A DNA stretch of 64,000 bases from Candidatus Poribacteria bacterium (GCA_965242965.1 OZ251518.1:4704001-4768000), one strand, 5' to 3'. Shown: positions 21,101-31,198, counted from the first letter of the stretch. Made by a program: numbers and translations. The notes: generated from the letters alone by a model not told the origin.

Positions 21101-21634
21101 TGAAACGCTATAGTTTCCCTGCGTTTCGTCTAAATGCACATTCCCAGTGCCAGCGGCAATCTCTATCTTACCGCGGATGCGCCGGAGACGGATATCCCCA
21201 TCTTTCGTTTGAAGTTTGACAGCGACATCCGGCGGCGTTTCAATCGTGCAATCCAACTGCAGTTGATCTTCTATCTCAGGCGTGCTTTGAAAGCGCGCGT
21301 CGTTCGGGAGGTGTGCTTTCAAATGAAGGGTGCCCTCCTCCCTTGTGCCTGCCAAAACGATGCTATCCAGATACGCTTTGGTAGATGCTTCGTTGTCGCC
21401 CAACAGACGCTTTGTCAGCGTGGCGCGGACCACGTTGCTGTCTGTAGAGACGAGTTCAATGTTGCCGCGCACCGGCAGTTCCAATTCTATCCGATAGACA
21501 CCGTCAAACGGGAAGCTCTGCTCGGTGACGAGCGGCGCATCTGCTGCTAGTGCCAGCAGCAAACCTGAGCACCACAGAGAGATAAAAAGAATGATTGACT
21601 TGCTAGCGCGCAAAGCACGAGTTGAAAATAGCAT
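18146..21634 (-). CDS. Omp85/BamA-family protein with N-terminal DUF4097-like and CBM9-like domains
   Basis: Beta-repeat N-terminus; PVIDGNLSEKTW...WDEKNLYIG...WEDESVEILFDP...WTLEMAIPL; POTRA repeats; barrel motif LGGGATLRGY...GDNRFLFNVEYRF; C-terminal Phe. Confidence 0.75.
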   Translation of the reverse strand: MLFSTRALRASKSIILFISLWCSGLLLALAADAPLVTEQSFPFDGVYRIELELPVRGNIELVSTDSNVVRATLTKRLLGDNEASTKAYLDSIVLAGTREEGTLHLKAHLPNDARFQSTPEIEDQLQLDCTIETPPDVAVKLQTKDGDIRLRRIRGKIEIAAGTGNVHLDETQGNYSVSVMKGNVTGKILLTRGQNEIKTQNGSVELAVLDTVAAPMNVAARGGSVQLQLPRDYAADVAFDSENERVVISLPVQNNDGSRMLDLLAGTATLNEGGPLLRLTATDRIAILPTEEIPEDDTLPVDAFLQSVPKTAQSPVIDGNLSEKTWISAAALSPFQSADGNETPENPTEAFLMWDEKNLYIGVTAHFLPGQLPRISQTQHDSPIWEDESVEILFDPSPQTEAYYHLVVNPIGALFDQGVHTPGPPHFRFAPPDADVQRSVQERAAKTFKADSDWDANATVATRIHATFWTLEMAIPLAHAEKTQDTWAFNMHRKAQSNTRSLENLSLATRREFSYWMPTGEAEHPWWPHVPETMGALKPVTAQPQPDETFGTEVTAVEIVGNTSIPTDVVLKHIPIAPGDVLTNAHLSWLIAELNTYDWFQAVQLETVGDENQNTLKVRIRVTEAPVRFARKIEINGERSFPAQFIKNWFDLAPGYLTVAEGVLKQQLIADFYWNRGYEFATVTHQFVNETLQFTVNEGSLDEIRFRGNRRISDAELTSALDLKTDDVYYQVLGQTVINRMRERLSQSHEDFKNVRAWRVQREGGKNIMIVEIEEQPVVKPSVFPIVGFNRVHGAVLGAGGTLSTRITGEERLFGLLGRGFASRIWNYQTGFEKRFSRLYDFALGGGYYKLTDVNYNNTLLPTQVSLSAAFYGTDVENYYQRQGYHAWIARAFGTSAQLRFEFTQESHDNLTKSTDWSYLNRKRIKRGNSRIKSGHLRKISLNYAFDTRDRTLTRERNFQTVSWPNERTRRGWRGKVAFEMAGQRLGGDYAFNLYHFDLARYTPIFGPHHLNIRIAGDFSDAPLPRQHLLYLGGGATLRGYPFNTFAGDNRFLFNVEYRFMQETIVALATDGAMDVPIGWAFSCFLDTGQVWRFDETPFADFSIRDRMKTSIGVGFVLFAEPLGERPQRSLAVEIAVPIRDIARWSSFRQNRRILWRLERMF

Positions 21635-21738
21635 TTTTCTGACCTGGGTTGATAAACGCGGGCGTAAACACGCCCGCGCTACGGGTTTATTCGGAAACGA
21701 GCGATGCGCAGCGATGGACGCTCGCTGGATTCGGCGGC

Positions 21739-21930
21739 TTAATCGTCGGATTTCTCCGGGGTGTTCACGCGGACTTCCGGTAAATCGACGAATTTCAACA
21801 CACCTTCCTTAATCTGTTTTTCTTGTTTCTTCGTCATGAATTCCATATAGGTTTCCAAATCGCCGAAGATTGCAACAAGACGTTCCTTCGCTTCGTAGAT
21901 GTCTTTCGCCGGATCGTGCGGGCTAATCAT
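21739..21930 (-). CDS. Small hypothetical protein, duplicate of the C-terminal module of the PIN gene
   Basis: AAGGAG RBS; near-identical to 21992-22180. Confidence 0.7.
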   Translation of the reverse strand: MISPHDPAKDIYEAKERLVAIFGDLETYMEFMTKKQEKQIKEGVLKFVDLPEVRVNTPEKSDD

Positions 21931-21991
21931 AAGTGTTTCTCCTTGGAAACGAGTGCTGCGCGGCGGCGGACGCGCGCTGCGCAGCAGCGGC

Positions 21992-22699
21992 TTAATCGTC
22001 AGATTTCTCCGGCGGGTTCACGCGGACCTCCGGTAAATCGACGAATTTTACGCCTTCCTTTATCAATCGTTCTTGGCGTTTCATCAGGAATTCCATATAG
22101 GTTTCCAAATCGCCGAAGAGCGCGACAAGACGTTCCTTCGCCTCGTAGATGTCTTTCGCCGGATCGTGCGGGCTAATCATAAGTGTTTCTCCTTCGTGTA
22201 GTGCGCTGCTTGTGAGCGCGGCTTGCAAAATCACCATTGGGCTGTCAATGCGGGGCGGCGAATATCCCGCCTCGCGACACACCTGTTCAATTTTCAATCG
22301 CGTATGTGGATTGGCAAGGTGCGTAAAATTCCACGTCGCGAGGTAAGGAATAGCATGGCTTGCGGCAACAGCGATGTGGACAGCGTCTGTAAACGCTTTT
22401 TGTGGTAACGCACCGCGATCTACTAGGTGTTGCGCGAATGCCAGGTCAAAATCTTGGACACGCAACACGGTAAGCCCCGAGACTGCGCTCAACCTTGCCT
22501 GCGCTTGGTTTCTATTGCCCAATGATATTTCACCCACAACAGCATCTGATAAGATAAACTCAAAACGAGGCTCTTGCCAGAACTGACGGGTGATGCGCTG
22601 CCATTCCGCTATCTTCTAGTCTGGGCTCGGCGGAGCGACGAGATAACTCGGTACCGTTGCATCAATATAAACTTGATGCCGCTCATCAGAAGTATTCAT
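21992..22699 (-). pseudogene. PIN/VapC-like gene with an in-frame TAG, fused to a downstream small module
   Basis: ATG 22699 gives MNTSDERHQVYIDATVPSYLVAPPSPD*KIAEWQRITRQFW, with TAG at 22616-22618; DAVHIAVAA and YLATWNFTHLAN PIN motifs. Confidence 0.8.
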
Positions 22700-22768
22700 A
22701 CTTAATATGATACCACAAAATCGCTTTCAATGCAAATTCTTTTGCACTAACGAAATAGATTTGCGAAA

Positions 22769-22808
22769 CGTGAAAAAACTTGACACATTTTCACGAATAG
22801 TTTATACT
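22769..22808 (+). promoter_or_regulatory. Promoter with an inverted-repeat operator around the -35
   Basis: TTGACA (22780-22785), 17 bp, TATACT; CGTGAAAA (22769-22776) and TTTTCACG (22788-22795). Confidence 0.7.
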
Positions 22809-22884
22809 AAATAAGAACGTTAAACCTTTTGTCGAAAAACGGGTTTTCTCTTTAGAAACCCTACACTACAAAATAGGAGAAAAA

Positions 22885-23916
22885 ATGACCTACCGTTTCT
22901 CTTTTGGTCCTTGGAATATACACGAGGGGGAAGATCCCTTCGGTCCGCCTGTTCGAGAGGCGTTCACTTTTGATGAGAAAGTTGAGTTCTATCGCGCTCT
23001 CGGTTTTGTCGGCATCCAATTTCACGACGACGATATTGTCCCAGGTATTGACGACAAAACGCACGCGCAGTTGATATCTCGGACGAGAGCCGTCAAAGCG
23101 CAACTTGATAACCACGGCTTGACACCGGAGGTAGTCGCGCCGCGGTTGTGGGAATCACCGCAGACGATTGATGGTGCCTACACCGCCAATTCGGCGAAGG
23201 CGCGGGAATACGCACTTGAACGTTCAAAACGGTGCGTGGACGTTGCCAACGAAATCGGGTGCAAAAACATCGTTTTGTGGCTCGCCCGCGAAGGCACTTA
23301 CATCCGTGAATCGAAGAGCTCATCGGGCGCGGTGGGATATATCCTCGATGCAATCAACGCGCTGCTGGCATACGACGAAGAAATTCGTATTCTGATTGAA
23401 CCGAAGCCGAATGAACCGATGGACATCGCCTACATTCCGACAATCGGACATGCCATCGGGTTGGCGTATGCCAGCCAAGAACCGGAACGTGTCGGCGGCT
23501 TAATCGAAAGCGCGCACGCCATTCTCGCCGGGTTAGAACCCTCCGACGAAATGGGTTACGCACTCTACCACAAAAAACTATGGAGTGTGCATCTAAATGA
23601 CCAGAACGGACTCAAATTCGACCAGGACAAGGCGTTCGGTTCCGTAAATCTGCGCCGCGCGTTTAATCAGGTGCGAGTGTTAGAGGAAAACGGCTACGGC
23701 AAAAGCGGCGAGTTCGTCGGGTTAGACGTGAAGGTGATGCGCACGCAACCGCGCGAATTGTCCACGAAACACCTCTTGAGCAGCCGCCGCACCTTCCTCA
23801 ACCTCCTAGAGAAGGTGCGCACCTATGACAGAGAAGTGGAGCAGGCGTTCATCGCCTCGCGCGACTATGAAGGTTTGGATTTCTACATCCTCGAACACCT
23901 TCTCGGAAAGGAATAG
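22885..23916 (+). CDS. xylA: Xylose isomerase-like protein (short class)
   Basis: YRFSFGPWN...DPFGP, FHDDD, WLAREG, IEPKPNEP, HLNDQNGLKFDQD. Confidence 0.8.
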   Translation: MTYRFSFGPWNIHEGEDPFGPPVREAFTFDEKVEFYRALGFVGIQFHDDDIVPGIDDKTHAQLISRTRAVKAQLDNHGLTPEVVAPRLWESPQTIDGAYTANSAKAREYALERSKRCVDVANEIGCKNIVLWLAREGTYIRESKSSSGAVGYILDAINALLAYDEEIRILIEPKPNEPMDIAYIPTIGHAIGLAYASQEPERVGGLIESAHAILAGLEPSDEMGYALYHKKLWSVHLNDQNGLKFDQDKAFGSVNLRRAFNQVRVLEENGYGKSGEFVGLDVKVMRTQPRELSTKHLLSSRRTFLNLLEKVRTYDREVEQAFIASRDYEGLDFYILEHLLGKE

Positions 23917-23974
23917 GAGCAACTTGTAGGCGGGGTTTATCGCAAACGCACAACCCTGCCTCCTTAACGAAAGT

Positions 23975-24649
23975 ATGAGAACTGATACGATTCTTCCACA
24001 CGGGGCAAACAACCGTGTTTGTCCCGCCACCACGACACAAAAGTTCCAATCTGTCTTGCTAGTGGGTCCGCCCGGTGTCGGCAAAGGCACACAAGGTGAA
24101 TTGCTGTCGCAGATTCCCGGCATGTATCACCTCTCCAGTGGTGCAATGTTTCGTGAACTTGACCCCGGTTCGGAATTGGGGCGAATTTTTCACAAATACG
24201 CCTCACTCGGCGATCTGGTGCCAGACGAGATTACGGTGCAGATCTGGCGAGACTACATCCAGAAGCAAGTGGCTGAGGATACCTATAATCCTGCCCGCGA
24301 CTTGCTGATTCTTGACGGTATCCCGCGTAACACTGCGCAGGCAGACTTAATCAACCAGCACGTGAACGTGCTGCGAATCATCTACATGATCTGCGAGAAC
24401 CAAGAGGTGATGTTCCGGCGCATCCGCGGCCGCGCGACGAAAGAGAGTCGATTTGACGATTCCCAGGAAGCGATAGTCCATCATCGGTGGCAGGTTTACA
24501 AACAAGAAACGGAGCCGCTGATCGACCACTATCCGCAAGAACTCGTCAGAATAGTGGATGCGGAGGCGATTCCGGCGGCGGTGCTGCAGCAAATCTTATC
24601 GGCGGTAGTGCCTGTTCAAAAGGAGCATTTCTCGCCTGCCTTCATGTAG
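23975..24649 (+). CDS. adk: Adenylate kinase-family nucleoside monophosphate kinase
   Basis: GPPGVGKGTQ, HLSSGAMFR, GDLVPDE, LDGIPRN. Confidence 0.8.
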   Translation: MRTDTILPHGANNRVCPATTTQKFQSVLLVGPPGVGKGTQGELLSQIPGMYHLSSGAMFRELDPGSELGRIFHKYASLGDLVPDEITVQIWRDYIQKQVAEDTYNPARDLLILDGIPRNTAQADLINQHVNVLRIIYMICENQEVMFRRIRGRATKESRFDDSQEAIVHHRWQVYKQETEPLIDHYPQELVRIVDAEAIPAAVLQQILSAVVPVQKEHFSPAFM

Positions 24650-24659
24650 GCGAGTCGGC

Positions 24660-26303
24660 TTACTCACGCCGGCGATAGATACGTATCTCTGGGTGTGTCA
24701 GCGCGCGCATCGGGAACGGCGCGCCGGCATCGGAAATGCGGATGCCGAGGCACTGCGGTGTGCGGCGAAAGATTTTCTGCAATTCATAATCCTTGCGAAG
24801 CCTCGCGTAAAATGTCAATGTCTCCTCCAACGCCACTTCTTCTAAAGGGTACCAATCCATTGGCGCGCTTTCCGAGCGCGCATCGCCGTATTTTTGGAAT
24901 ACCTCCGCATTGGGCATGAGAACGAGTGCCCACGCCGCTTCTTTGTCATACGTCAAGTCCCGTTCTAATTCAGGGAGTAGCCAGTTAAACAAGACTTCGG
25001 GCGCGCAGGAAATGTCCTCTTCGTTGGAGATGTTAGTAGATATCCACGCTGATACCTCCTCTCGCGTCGGTTGTGTCAACAAAATGGATGCGAACGCGAC
25101 GGTGTAAACCAACGAGTAAAGCGCGACAGCACCGACAATGAAGCGCGCGAATATCCGCAAGGTTGCCGCGCTTTCTAAGCGCGCTAACATTGCCGACGCT
25201 AGCACCATCATCACTGGATATACAATCAACAGATGTCGCGCAAATTTCACTTTGTGCACGCCGACAAATAGCAGATACAGGATAACAAAAGCCAGCAGTG
25301 CAAGTTCCATCCTTCCCCGCGTGACGAGCGCGTGCATTACCCCGAAAATCGCGAGGAGAGCCAAGGGCCATCCCATTCCCCACTTCAAAAGCGTCCACAG
25401 ATAAACGAACCTCTCGAGCCATCTGGCCGCTGAGGCATGTAAGGACGGATTGCTATATTCGTCCGATGCAAACAATCCGAAATGCCCGCGTTGATAATGC
25501 GTCGCTTCATACCAAAAATCCTCAAAAAAGAGATTCCATGTTGGAGAAACCAGATCGATGAGCCAATACGGACAGAGGAGCGTAAAGGTGAGCGCGGAAA
25601 CACCTATGAGCGTTAAAACCTGCCGAATCTGCATGCGCGCTGTGCCGATAAAAACCAACGCCGATAACCCGACAAAAGCCGTCGTCCATTTAACGGCGAG
25701 ACCGGCTCCTGCAACGACACCGAGCCAGACAGGTAAGCGAGATTGCCCGGTCGCGACGGTGTCAAGCCTTTCTTGTAGACAGATGCTCCCATCTCCCATC
25801 ATGCGTATCAACAGCCACAGAAACAGTGTGACACAAAACGTAGCCGGAATATCAACCAGTGCGAAACGCGATTCGTTCGTCGCGTGCAACATCGTCACGG
25901 CGAGGAGCCCCGCCGCAATCTGTCCTACTCGTCTGTCGTAACAGCACGCGCCGAGGCGATAGGTAAACCACAGCGTCGCCGTTGACAAAAGCACATTGAC
26001 GCATCGCGCCAACAAAATCACATCTTCCGGTAGGAGCGATTTCCCCAGCGCGACCAATTTCCCAAGTGCCGCGATAAGATAGAACCATGCTGTCCCCGGC
26101 CAGTTATAGATTTCGGGCGGCGCGGTGAAGTGCATGAGATTCAGCACATCTTGCGCGATGAGCCCTTCACGCGGGTCTGGTGAATTTGGCAAACCGACGT
26201 TTAAACCGATGAGCCGCACGCCGAAACCGCCGATGATAATCGCGGGCATTCCCCATTTTGCGTAATGTTTCATTTCCGTTTTTAACGCGACACCTTCTCC
26301 CAC
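24660..26303 (-). CDS. ArnT/PMT-like (GT-C) membrane glycosyltransferase
   Basis: Multi-TM; NESRFALVD, GLAVKWT, KVKFARHLL; start may be ATG 26273. Confidence 0.8.
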   Translation of the reverse strand: MGEGVALKTEMKHYAKWGMPAIIIGGFGVRLIGLNVGLPNSPDPREGLIAQDVLNLMHFTAPPEIYNWPGTAWFYLIAALGKLVALGKSLLPEDVILLARCVNVLLSTATLWFTYRLGACCYDRRVGQIAAGLLAVTMLHATNESRFALVDIPATFCVTLFLWLLIRMMGDGSICLQERLDTVATGQSRLPVWLGVVAGAGLAVKWTTAFVGLSALVFIGTARMQIRQVLTLIGVSALTFTLLCPYWLIDLVSPTWNLFFEDFWYEATHYQRGHFGLFASDEYSNPSLHASAARWLERFVYLWTLLKWGMGWPLALLAIFGVMHALVTRGRMELALLAFVILYLLFVGVHKVKFARHLLIVYPVMMVLASAMLARLESAATLRIFARFIVGAVALYSLVYTVAFASILLTQPTREEVSAWISTNISNEEDISCAPEVLFNWLLPELERDLTYDKEAAWALVLMPNAEVFQKYGDARSESAPMDWYPLEEVALEETLTFYARLRKDYELQKIFRRTPQCLGIRISDAGAPFPMRALTHPEIRIYRRRE

Positions 26304-26878
26304 AATTCCGCTGGCAGCATCTCCTGAATCTCTGCAATCCGATTTTCCAGGAACGGGAGTTCCAATGTCTCAAAGATATCGCGCCACCGTTTGGGCTGTC
26401 CGTTTTCAAGGTAGACAGGCACGAACCCGAGATTCAGATAGGTTTTGATTGCTGGAATGCGAAAATCATCGGTATCCAACATCGCGCACCTGAATCCTTG
26501 GGCGTGAAAATAAGTAAGCACCGCCAACGATACCCACTTGCCGAGTTTATGTCTAGTGTGTGCGGAGACAACTCCCACCATGTGCACATAGCCGACTTCG
26601 GTTTCGTCAAGCGTTTGCCGCCAGGCGCATGCAGTTCCGACTGGGGTGCCTTGGTGCGTTGCGAAATAGAGTCCTTCTGGCACAAAACGTTCTTGTCCGG
26701 TAATCTCATTGCGGGTATCTTCGGCGTTGCGCTGCTTCCCACCGAACGAATCGCTGATGATATTTGCCCAATGCACTTCGTCCCCTTCCTGATAAGTTCG
26801 CATGCCGTAGCCGGGTGGGAGTTGCAGTTTCGGTAAATTGTCCAAATCGGGCCGGACCATTCTGAGTTGTCGTGGCAT
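26282..26878 (-). CDS. GNAT-family N-acetyltransferase
   Basis: HMVGVVSAHTRHKLG, LDTDDFRIPAIKTYLNLGF. Confidence 0.85.
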   Translation of the reverse strand: MPRQLRMVRPDLDNLPKLQLPPGYGMRTYQEGDEVHWANIISDSFGGKQRNAEDTRNEITGQERFVPEGLYFATHQGTPVGTACAWRQTLDETEVGYVHMVGVVSAHTRHKLGKWVSLAVLTYFHAQGFRCAMLDTDDFRIPAIKTYLNLGFVPVYLENGQPKRWRDIFETLELPFLENRIAEIQEMLPAELWEKVSR

Positions 26879-26957
26879 CTGCCATCTCCTTTCGTGAATT
26901 GCTTTTGTGTCATTTTATCAGAAATTCAATATTACTGCAATCTTCACTTTTCTGTGG

Positions 26958-27211
26958 GGTGAGGGCCTGTCCCTCGCCATCGTTCGGGCTCCCCAACGTT
27001 CGCGGGGGACAGGCCCCCGCGCTACGGTGGAAAAACGTCCCCCCTTCATCGTAGGGCGCGGGCCTGTCCCTCGCCATCCCATTCGTCTGAATCAGGATTT
27101 ACAAGATTATAGGATTTGCAGGATTACGTCGTCTTTATCCGACAAAACGTCTCTCTAAATGCTGATAGGACAGATACAGACAAACCCCGTAGGCGCGGTT
27201 TCAAACCGCGC
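26958..27211. repeat. REP cluster with a 9-bp-periodic CAGGATTT element
   Basis: Three GGGCCTGTCCC-type REPs, TCTGAATCAGGATTTACAAGATT and GTAGGCGCGGTTTCAAACCGCGC. Confidence 0.8.
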
Positions 27212-27333
27212 TTAGTAGTCGGGCTTCTAGCATTTGCGTCCATCTTGTAAAAATGAATTCGTTTAATCCCTTGACTTTTTTTGCAAATGATGATAAATTA
27301 CCCCAAACCTTAAAAGGAAACCGAATCCATCTC

Positions 27334-28338
27334 ATGACAACCAAACAGAAAATCAACATCGCTTTCATCGGATGTGGGGGGAATGCACGCGGACACGGAC
27401 GCAGCGTCTCGCGCGTGGAAGATGTGGAGATTGTCGCGCTCGCCGACCCGAGCGAAAGTTCGCTCGCGGCATTCAAAGAGAATGTCGGCTTGGACGCATC
27501 ACTCCCAACTTACGCCGACCACGGTGAGATGCTAGCCGCTGTCAATCCCGACGCAGTCGTCATTAGTTCACCGCACGGGCTCCATTTTCAGCATATCATG
27601 GATGCACTTGACGCGGGATGTCACGTGCATACCGAAAAACCGATGGTTTGCACCGTAGCCCACGCGAAGCAGGTGATTGCAAAAGTTGAGGCGACCGGAT
27701 TGCATCTGCTCATCGGGTATCAACGGCATTTGAGTCCGACGTATCAATATTGCCGGCAAGTCGTCCAAAGTGGTGAACTCGGTCCCGTCCATTTTGTGGA
27801 GGCGCATCAGTCACAGAATTGGTATCGGAATCAGCAGGGGAAGTGGCGGCAAGATGCGTTCCTCGGCGGCGGTGGGCAACTCAACGATTCAGGCAGCCAC
27901 CTTATTGACATCCTTCTCTGGGTGCTAGAGGCGAGCCCCGATACCGTCTTCGCGATGATAGACAATTTTGACATTGAAGTGGATGTCCTCACGGCGATGT
28001 CGCTCAAGTTCGATACCGGTGCGCTGTGTAATATCAGCATCGTCGGGCATGCGTATGGCGGCGTGCAGGAAGATTTCTCGATCTGGATGCAGGAAGGCAC
28101 GCTTTACCTCCGCGCCGGTAAACTTTACCGTCAAGAGAAAGAGGGCGGCATCGTTGAGGTGCCCGCGGCTGATATGCCAGAAGGTGCGAACAAAGACGAA
28201 GTCTTTATTGAGCTCATCCGCGGCGAACGGACAGAGAACCCCATCGGCGTGGAGAACGGTTTGCGCGTAATTCAATTAACCGAAGCCGCATGGCAATCGG
28301 CAAAAGTCGGCATGCCGGTGAAGGTAGATTTGAGTTAA
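27334..28338 (+). CDS. Gfo/Idh/MocA-family oxidoreductase
   Basis: IGCGGNARGH, EKPM, GGGQLNDSGSHLID. Confidence 0.9.
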   Translation: MTTKQKINIAFIGCGGNARGHGRSVSRVEDVEIVALADPSESSLAAFKENVGLDASLPTYADHGEMLAAVNPDAVVISSPHGLHFQHIMDALDAGCHVHTEKPMVCTVAHAKQVIAKVEATGLHLLIGYQRHLSPTYQYCRQVVQSGELGPVHFVEAHQSQNWYRNQQGKWRQDAFLGGGGQLNDSGSHLIDILLWVLEASPDTVFAMIDNFDIEVDVLTAMSLKFDTGALCNISIVGHAYGGVQEDFSIWMQEGTLYLRAGKLYRQEKEGGIVEVPAADMPEGANKDEVFIELIRGERTENPIGVENGLRVIQLTEAAWQSAKVGMPVKVDLS

Positions 28339-28419
28339 CGAGGATTTACGCGCCCCTCGGTAGGCGCGCTTTCCAAACTTGCGCGGTGACAAACCCCGAA
28401 AACCGGTAATGAGCGCAAA

Positions 28420-29166
28420 ATGCTAGATGTCCAAAACCTGTGCAAAAAGCCGTATCTCACAGCACTCACGTTTCGGGTAGAGAGCGGCGAGTGCCTCGCA
28501 CTGCTAGGGAAGAACGGTGGCGGCAAAACGCTCCTGCTCAACCTCTTGGCAACGTTGACAGCACCGACATCCGGCACCGTCGCTATCGCCGGCTACGATG
28601 CTTTTAGCAACCTGAAACAGGTGCGGCCGCTCATCGGATATGTGCCGGTAGCGTTTGAGGGATATCCCGAATTGTCTGTTGCGGGATACCTCGATTTTTT
28701 CGCGGCGGCGTATCGGATGGAACGCGGTGAACGCGCCGCCGCAATTGATGCAGTACTGGATTTGATGGACATCGAACCCCTGCGCAATGTAAAGACCGGC
28801 GCGTTGTCAACAGGCGAGAAGCAGCGGCTCCTGTTCGCGAAAACCTTCCTGCACGAACCGGAGGTATGGCTGCTTGACGAACCGCTCGCGCCGCTCGATG
28901 CACGCGGGCAAATGGAGATGATAGAACTGCTCAACGAACTCCGCGCGATGGGAAAAACTATCGTCATCGCGACAAACCGAATTGACGACGTGCCGAGGCT
29001 ATGCAATAAGGTTGGCATCCTTAACGATGGGCAGTTCGCCGCCTTTAACACACTCAGCCAATTGGAGCAAGAATTCTTAAATAAAACGGCATCGCCTGAT
29101 TCCGTTGCCTCAGTTTCAAATTGGCTCGTTAACCTATTTTTGGAGATAACCGAACACGCTCCGTAG
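28420..29166 (+). CDS. ABC transporter ATP-binding protein
   Basis: GKNGGGKT, LSTGEKQR, LLDEP. Confidence 0.85.
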   Translation: MLDVQNLCKKPYLTALTFRVESGECLALLGKNGGGKTLLLNLLATLTAPTSGTVAIAGYDAFSNLKQVRPLIGYVPVAFEGYPELSVAGYLDFFAAAYRMERGERAAAIDAVLDLMDIEPLRNVKTGALSTGEKQRLLFAKTFLHEPEVWLLDEPLAPLDARGQMEMIELLNELRAMGKTIVIATNRIDDVPRLCNKVGILNDGQFAAFNTLSQLEQEFLNKTASPDSVASVSNWLVNLFLEITEHAP

Positions 29167-29214
29167 GCGCAGCTTCAAACCGCACCTACGGGGAGCGTTC
29201 GGTATAAAAAACCA

Positions 29215-29988
29215 ATGTCAGATATTGGAAAATTCTTTCACGAAAACGGCTATTACTTCGCCAAAGGTGTCTATTCACCGCAAGAAGTTGAAGCGATGGA
29301 GCACGATTTCGACCGGGGTGTCACTCAGCTTCTCAAAAGCGACGAAAATGTCAACGCACGATGGGGCGGCAGATTGATGGACGCGCTGGACGGCGGCGAA
29401 TCCGTGATTATCCACACCCATAATATCCAGAGTTTCTCTGCCGTGTGGCTGCAAGCGTTCTTGCAAGAGAAATTCCTTGACATCACCGAGGCTATCCTCG
29501 GACCGGATATCCTGCTGCACCACTCTAAGCTTTTCTGCAAACCGCCGGAGCAGGGCGCGCCGTTCCCGATGCACCAAGATTGGCAGTATTTCCCATCAGT
29601 CAAGGATACAATGATAGCCGCCATCATCTACGTCTCGCAGGCCACCGATGAGATGGGCTGCGTGCGCGTCTATCCCGGTTCACACAAACGCTTAGGCCGC
29701 ACCGATGGCATGATGGGAAGCGGACAGAACGAGGAAATCACCGAACGGTATCCCATCGAAGGCGCGACTGTCTTGGAAGCGGAGCCTGGTGATGTCCTCT
29801 TTTTCAGTTACTTCACCTTACACGGTTCTATGCCAAATCGTTCTAATCGGACGCGGAAGAGTGTCCTCGTGCAAATGCACGCTGGCGAAGACCAGATCGA
29901 GGGAGAGAATCGGCACACGAACGTGCAATTGGTGCTTCGCGGGTGGAATCATCTCGCAACGCGTTCCTCCGTCGGCCGCATCCGATAA
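29215..29988 (+). CDS. PhyH-family Fe(II)/2OG dioxygenase
   Basis: HQD, GCVRVYPGSH, LHGSMPNRSNRTR. Confidence 0.9.
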   Translation: MSDIGKFFHENGYYFAKGVYSPQEVEAMEHDFDRGVTQLLKSDENVNARWGGRLMDALDGGESVIIHTHNIQSFSAVWLQAFLQEKFLDITEAILGPDILLHHSKLFCKPPEQGAPFPMHQDWQYFPSVKDTMIAAIIYVSQATDEMGCVRVYPGSHKRLGRTDGMMGSGQNEEITERYPIEGATVLEAEPGDVLFFSYFTLHGSMPNRSNRTRKSVLVQMHAGEDQIEGENRHTNVQLVLRGWNHLATRSSVGRIR

Positions 29989-30202
29989 CCACGTTTACCG
30001 TCCGTTTCACCGTAGGGCGAGGGCCTGCTGTTTCGGGATCAGGCGATCCCGAACTACTTAAGTTAATCCGTCCGTTTCACCGTAGGGCGAGGGCCTGTCC
30101 CTCGCCACGCAATGGACTACCTAATGTTACCGTAAAGCGAGGGCCCGTCCCTCGCTTTCCATTAATCCTGCAAACCCGCGATTCAAACAAAGGAGAACCG
30201 CA

Positions 30203-31198
30203 ATGATCCGAGTTGCTAAACTCAGCATGGCGCATGTCCACGCAGGTGGATACGCCCGAAAAATTAACGATAACCCCGAAACCGAGCTCGTCGCTGTCTG
30301 GGACGAAGAGGAATATGGCGGTAGAAACGCCGCCGAACAATACGAAGTTCCCTTCTACACAGACCTGGACGAAGTCCTCAGCCGTGACGATGTAGATGCA
30401 GTCTCTGTGGATGCGATTACGTCAGACCATCCGCGTGTCATGATTGCCGCCGCCGAAGCCGGAAAACATATCTTCACCGAGAAGGCACTCGCGATTGACG
30501 TTGAGGGATGCGATGCCATCATTGCCGCCGTTGAGAAGGCCGGCGTGAAGTTCATGATTTCCTTGCCGTCCCGATGCAACTCCGAAATCCTGTTTGCCAA
30601 AAACGCGCTTGAAGATGGACTCCTCGGCGATTTGACGTTCGGCAGGGGCCGCATCGCGCACTCCGCCGGATTGGATAAGTGGTTCAGCGGCACCAGCGCA
30701 TGGTTCGCCGATGCGGAACGCGCCGGCGGCGGCGCGCTGTTCGATCTGGGCTGTCACCGCGTTGATGTCATCAGATGGCTGATGGGCGAACCGAAAAGTG
30801 CCATCGCCAAGATTAACAACTTTACCGGCAACTACCAGATCGACGATAACAGCGTCTCTGTCGTTGAATTCGCGAACAAGGCGTTGGGCGTGATTGATGT
30901 CGCATGGACGCACCGTTCCGGTCCGAATTTGTTGGAACTCTACGGCACGGAAGGTTCTTTCGTTGCTGGGCACGGGGAGATGCATTTTGAAACCCGTAAA
31001 CTTTCCGATGAGGAAAAGGCTGAATACATCGCCAACGCGCCCGCAGCTCCACCGGAACCGATGCAGCAGTGGATTAACGCCATCCTCCGCGACGAACCGA
31101 TGACGATTAACATCCAAGATGGACGCAACCTGACAGAGTTAATGCAGGCGTTCTATCTCTCTTCTGAACGAGGCGTGTCAGTTGAACTGCCCCTCTAA
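30203..31198 (+). CDS. Gfo/Idh/MocA-family oxidoreductase
   Basis: GKHIFTEKA, GGGALFDLGCH; AAGGAG RBS. Confidence 0.9.
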   Translation: MIRVAKLSMAHVHAGGYARKINDNPETELVAVWDEEEYGGRNAAEQYEVPFYTDLDEVLSRDDVDAVSVDAITSDHPRVMIAAAEAGKHIFTEKALAIDVEGCDAIIAAVEKAGVKFMISLPSRCNSEILFAKNALEDGLLGDLTFGRGRIAHSAGLDKWFSGTSAWFADAERAGGGALFDLGCHRVDVIRWLMGEPKSAIAKINNFTGNYQIDDNSVSVVEFANKALGVIDVAWTHRSGPNLLELYGTEGSFVAGHGEMHFETRKLSDEEKAEYIANAPAAPPEPMQQWINAILRDEPMTINIQDGRNLTELMQAFYLSSERGVSVELPL

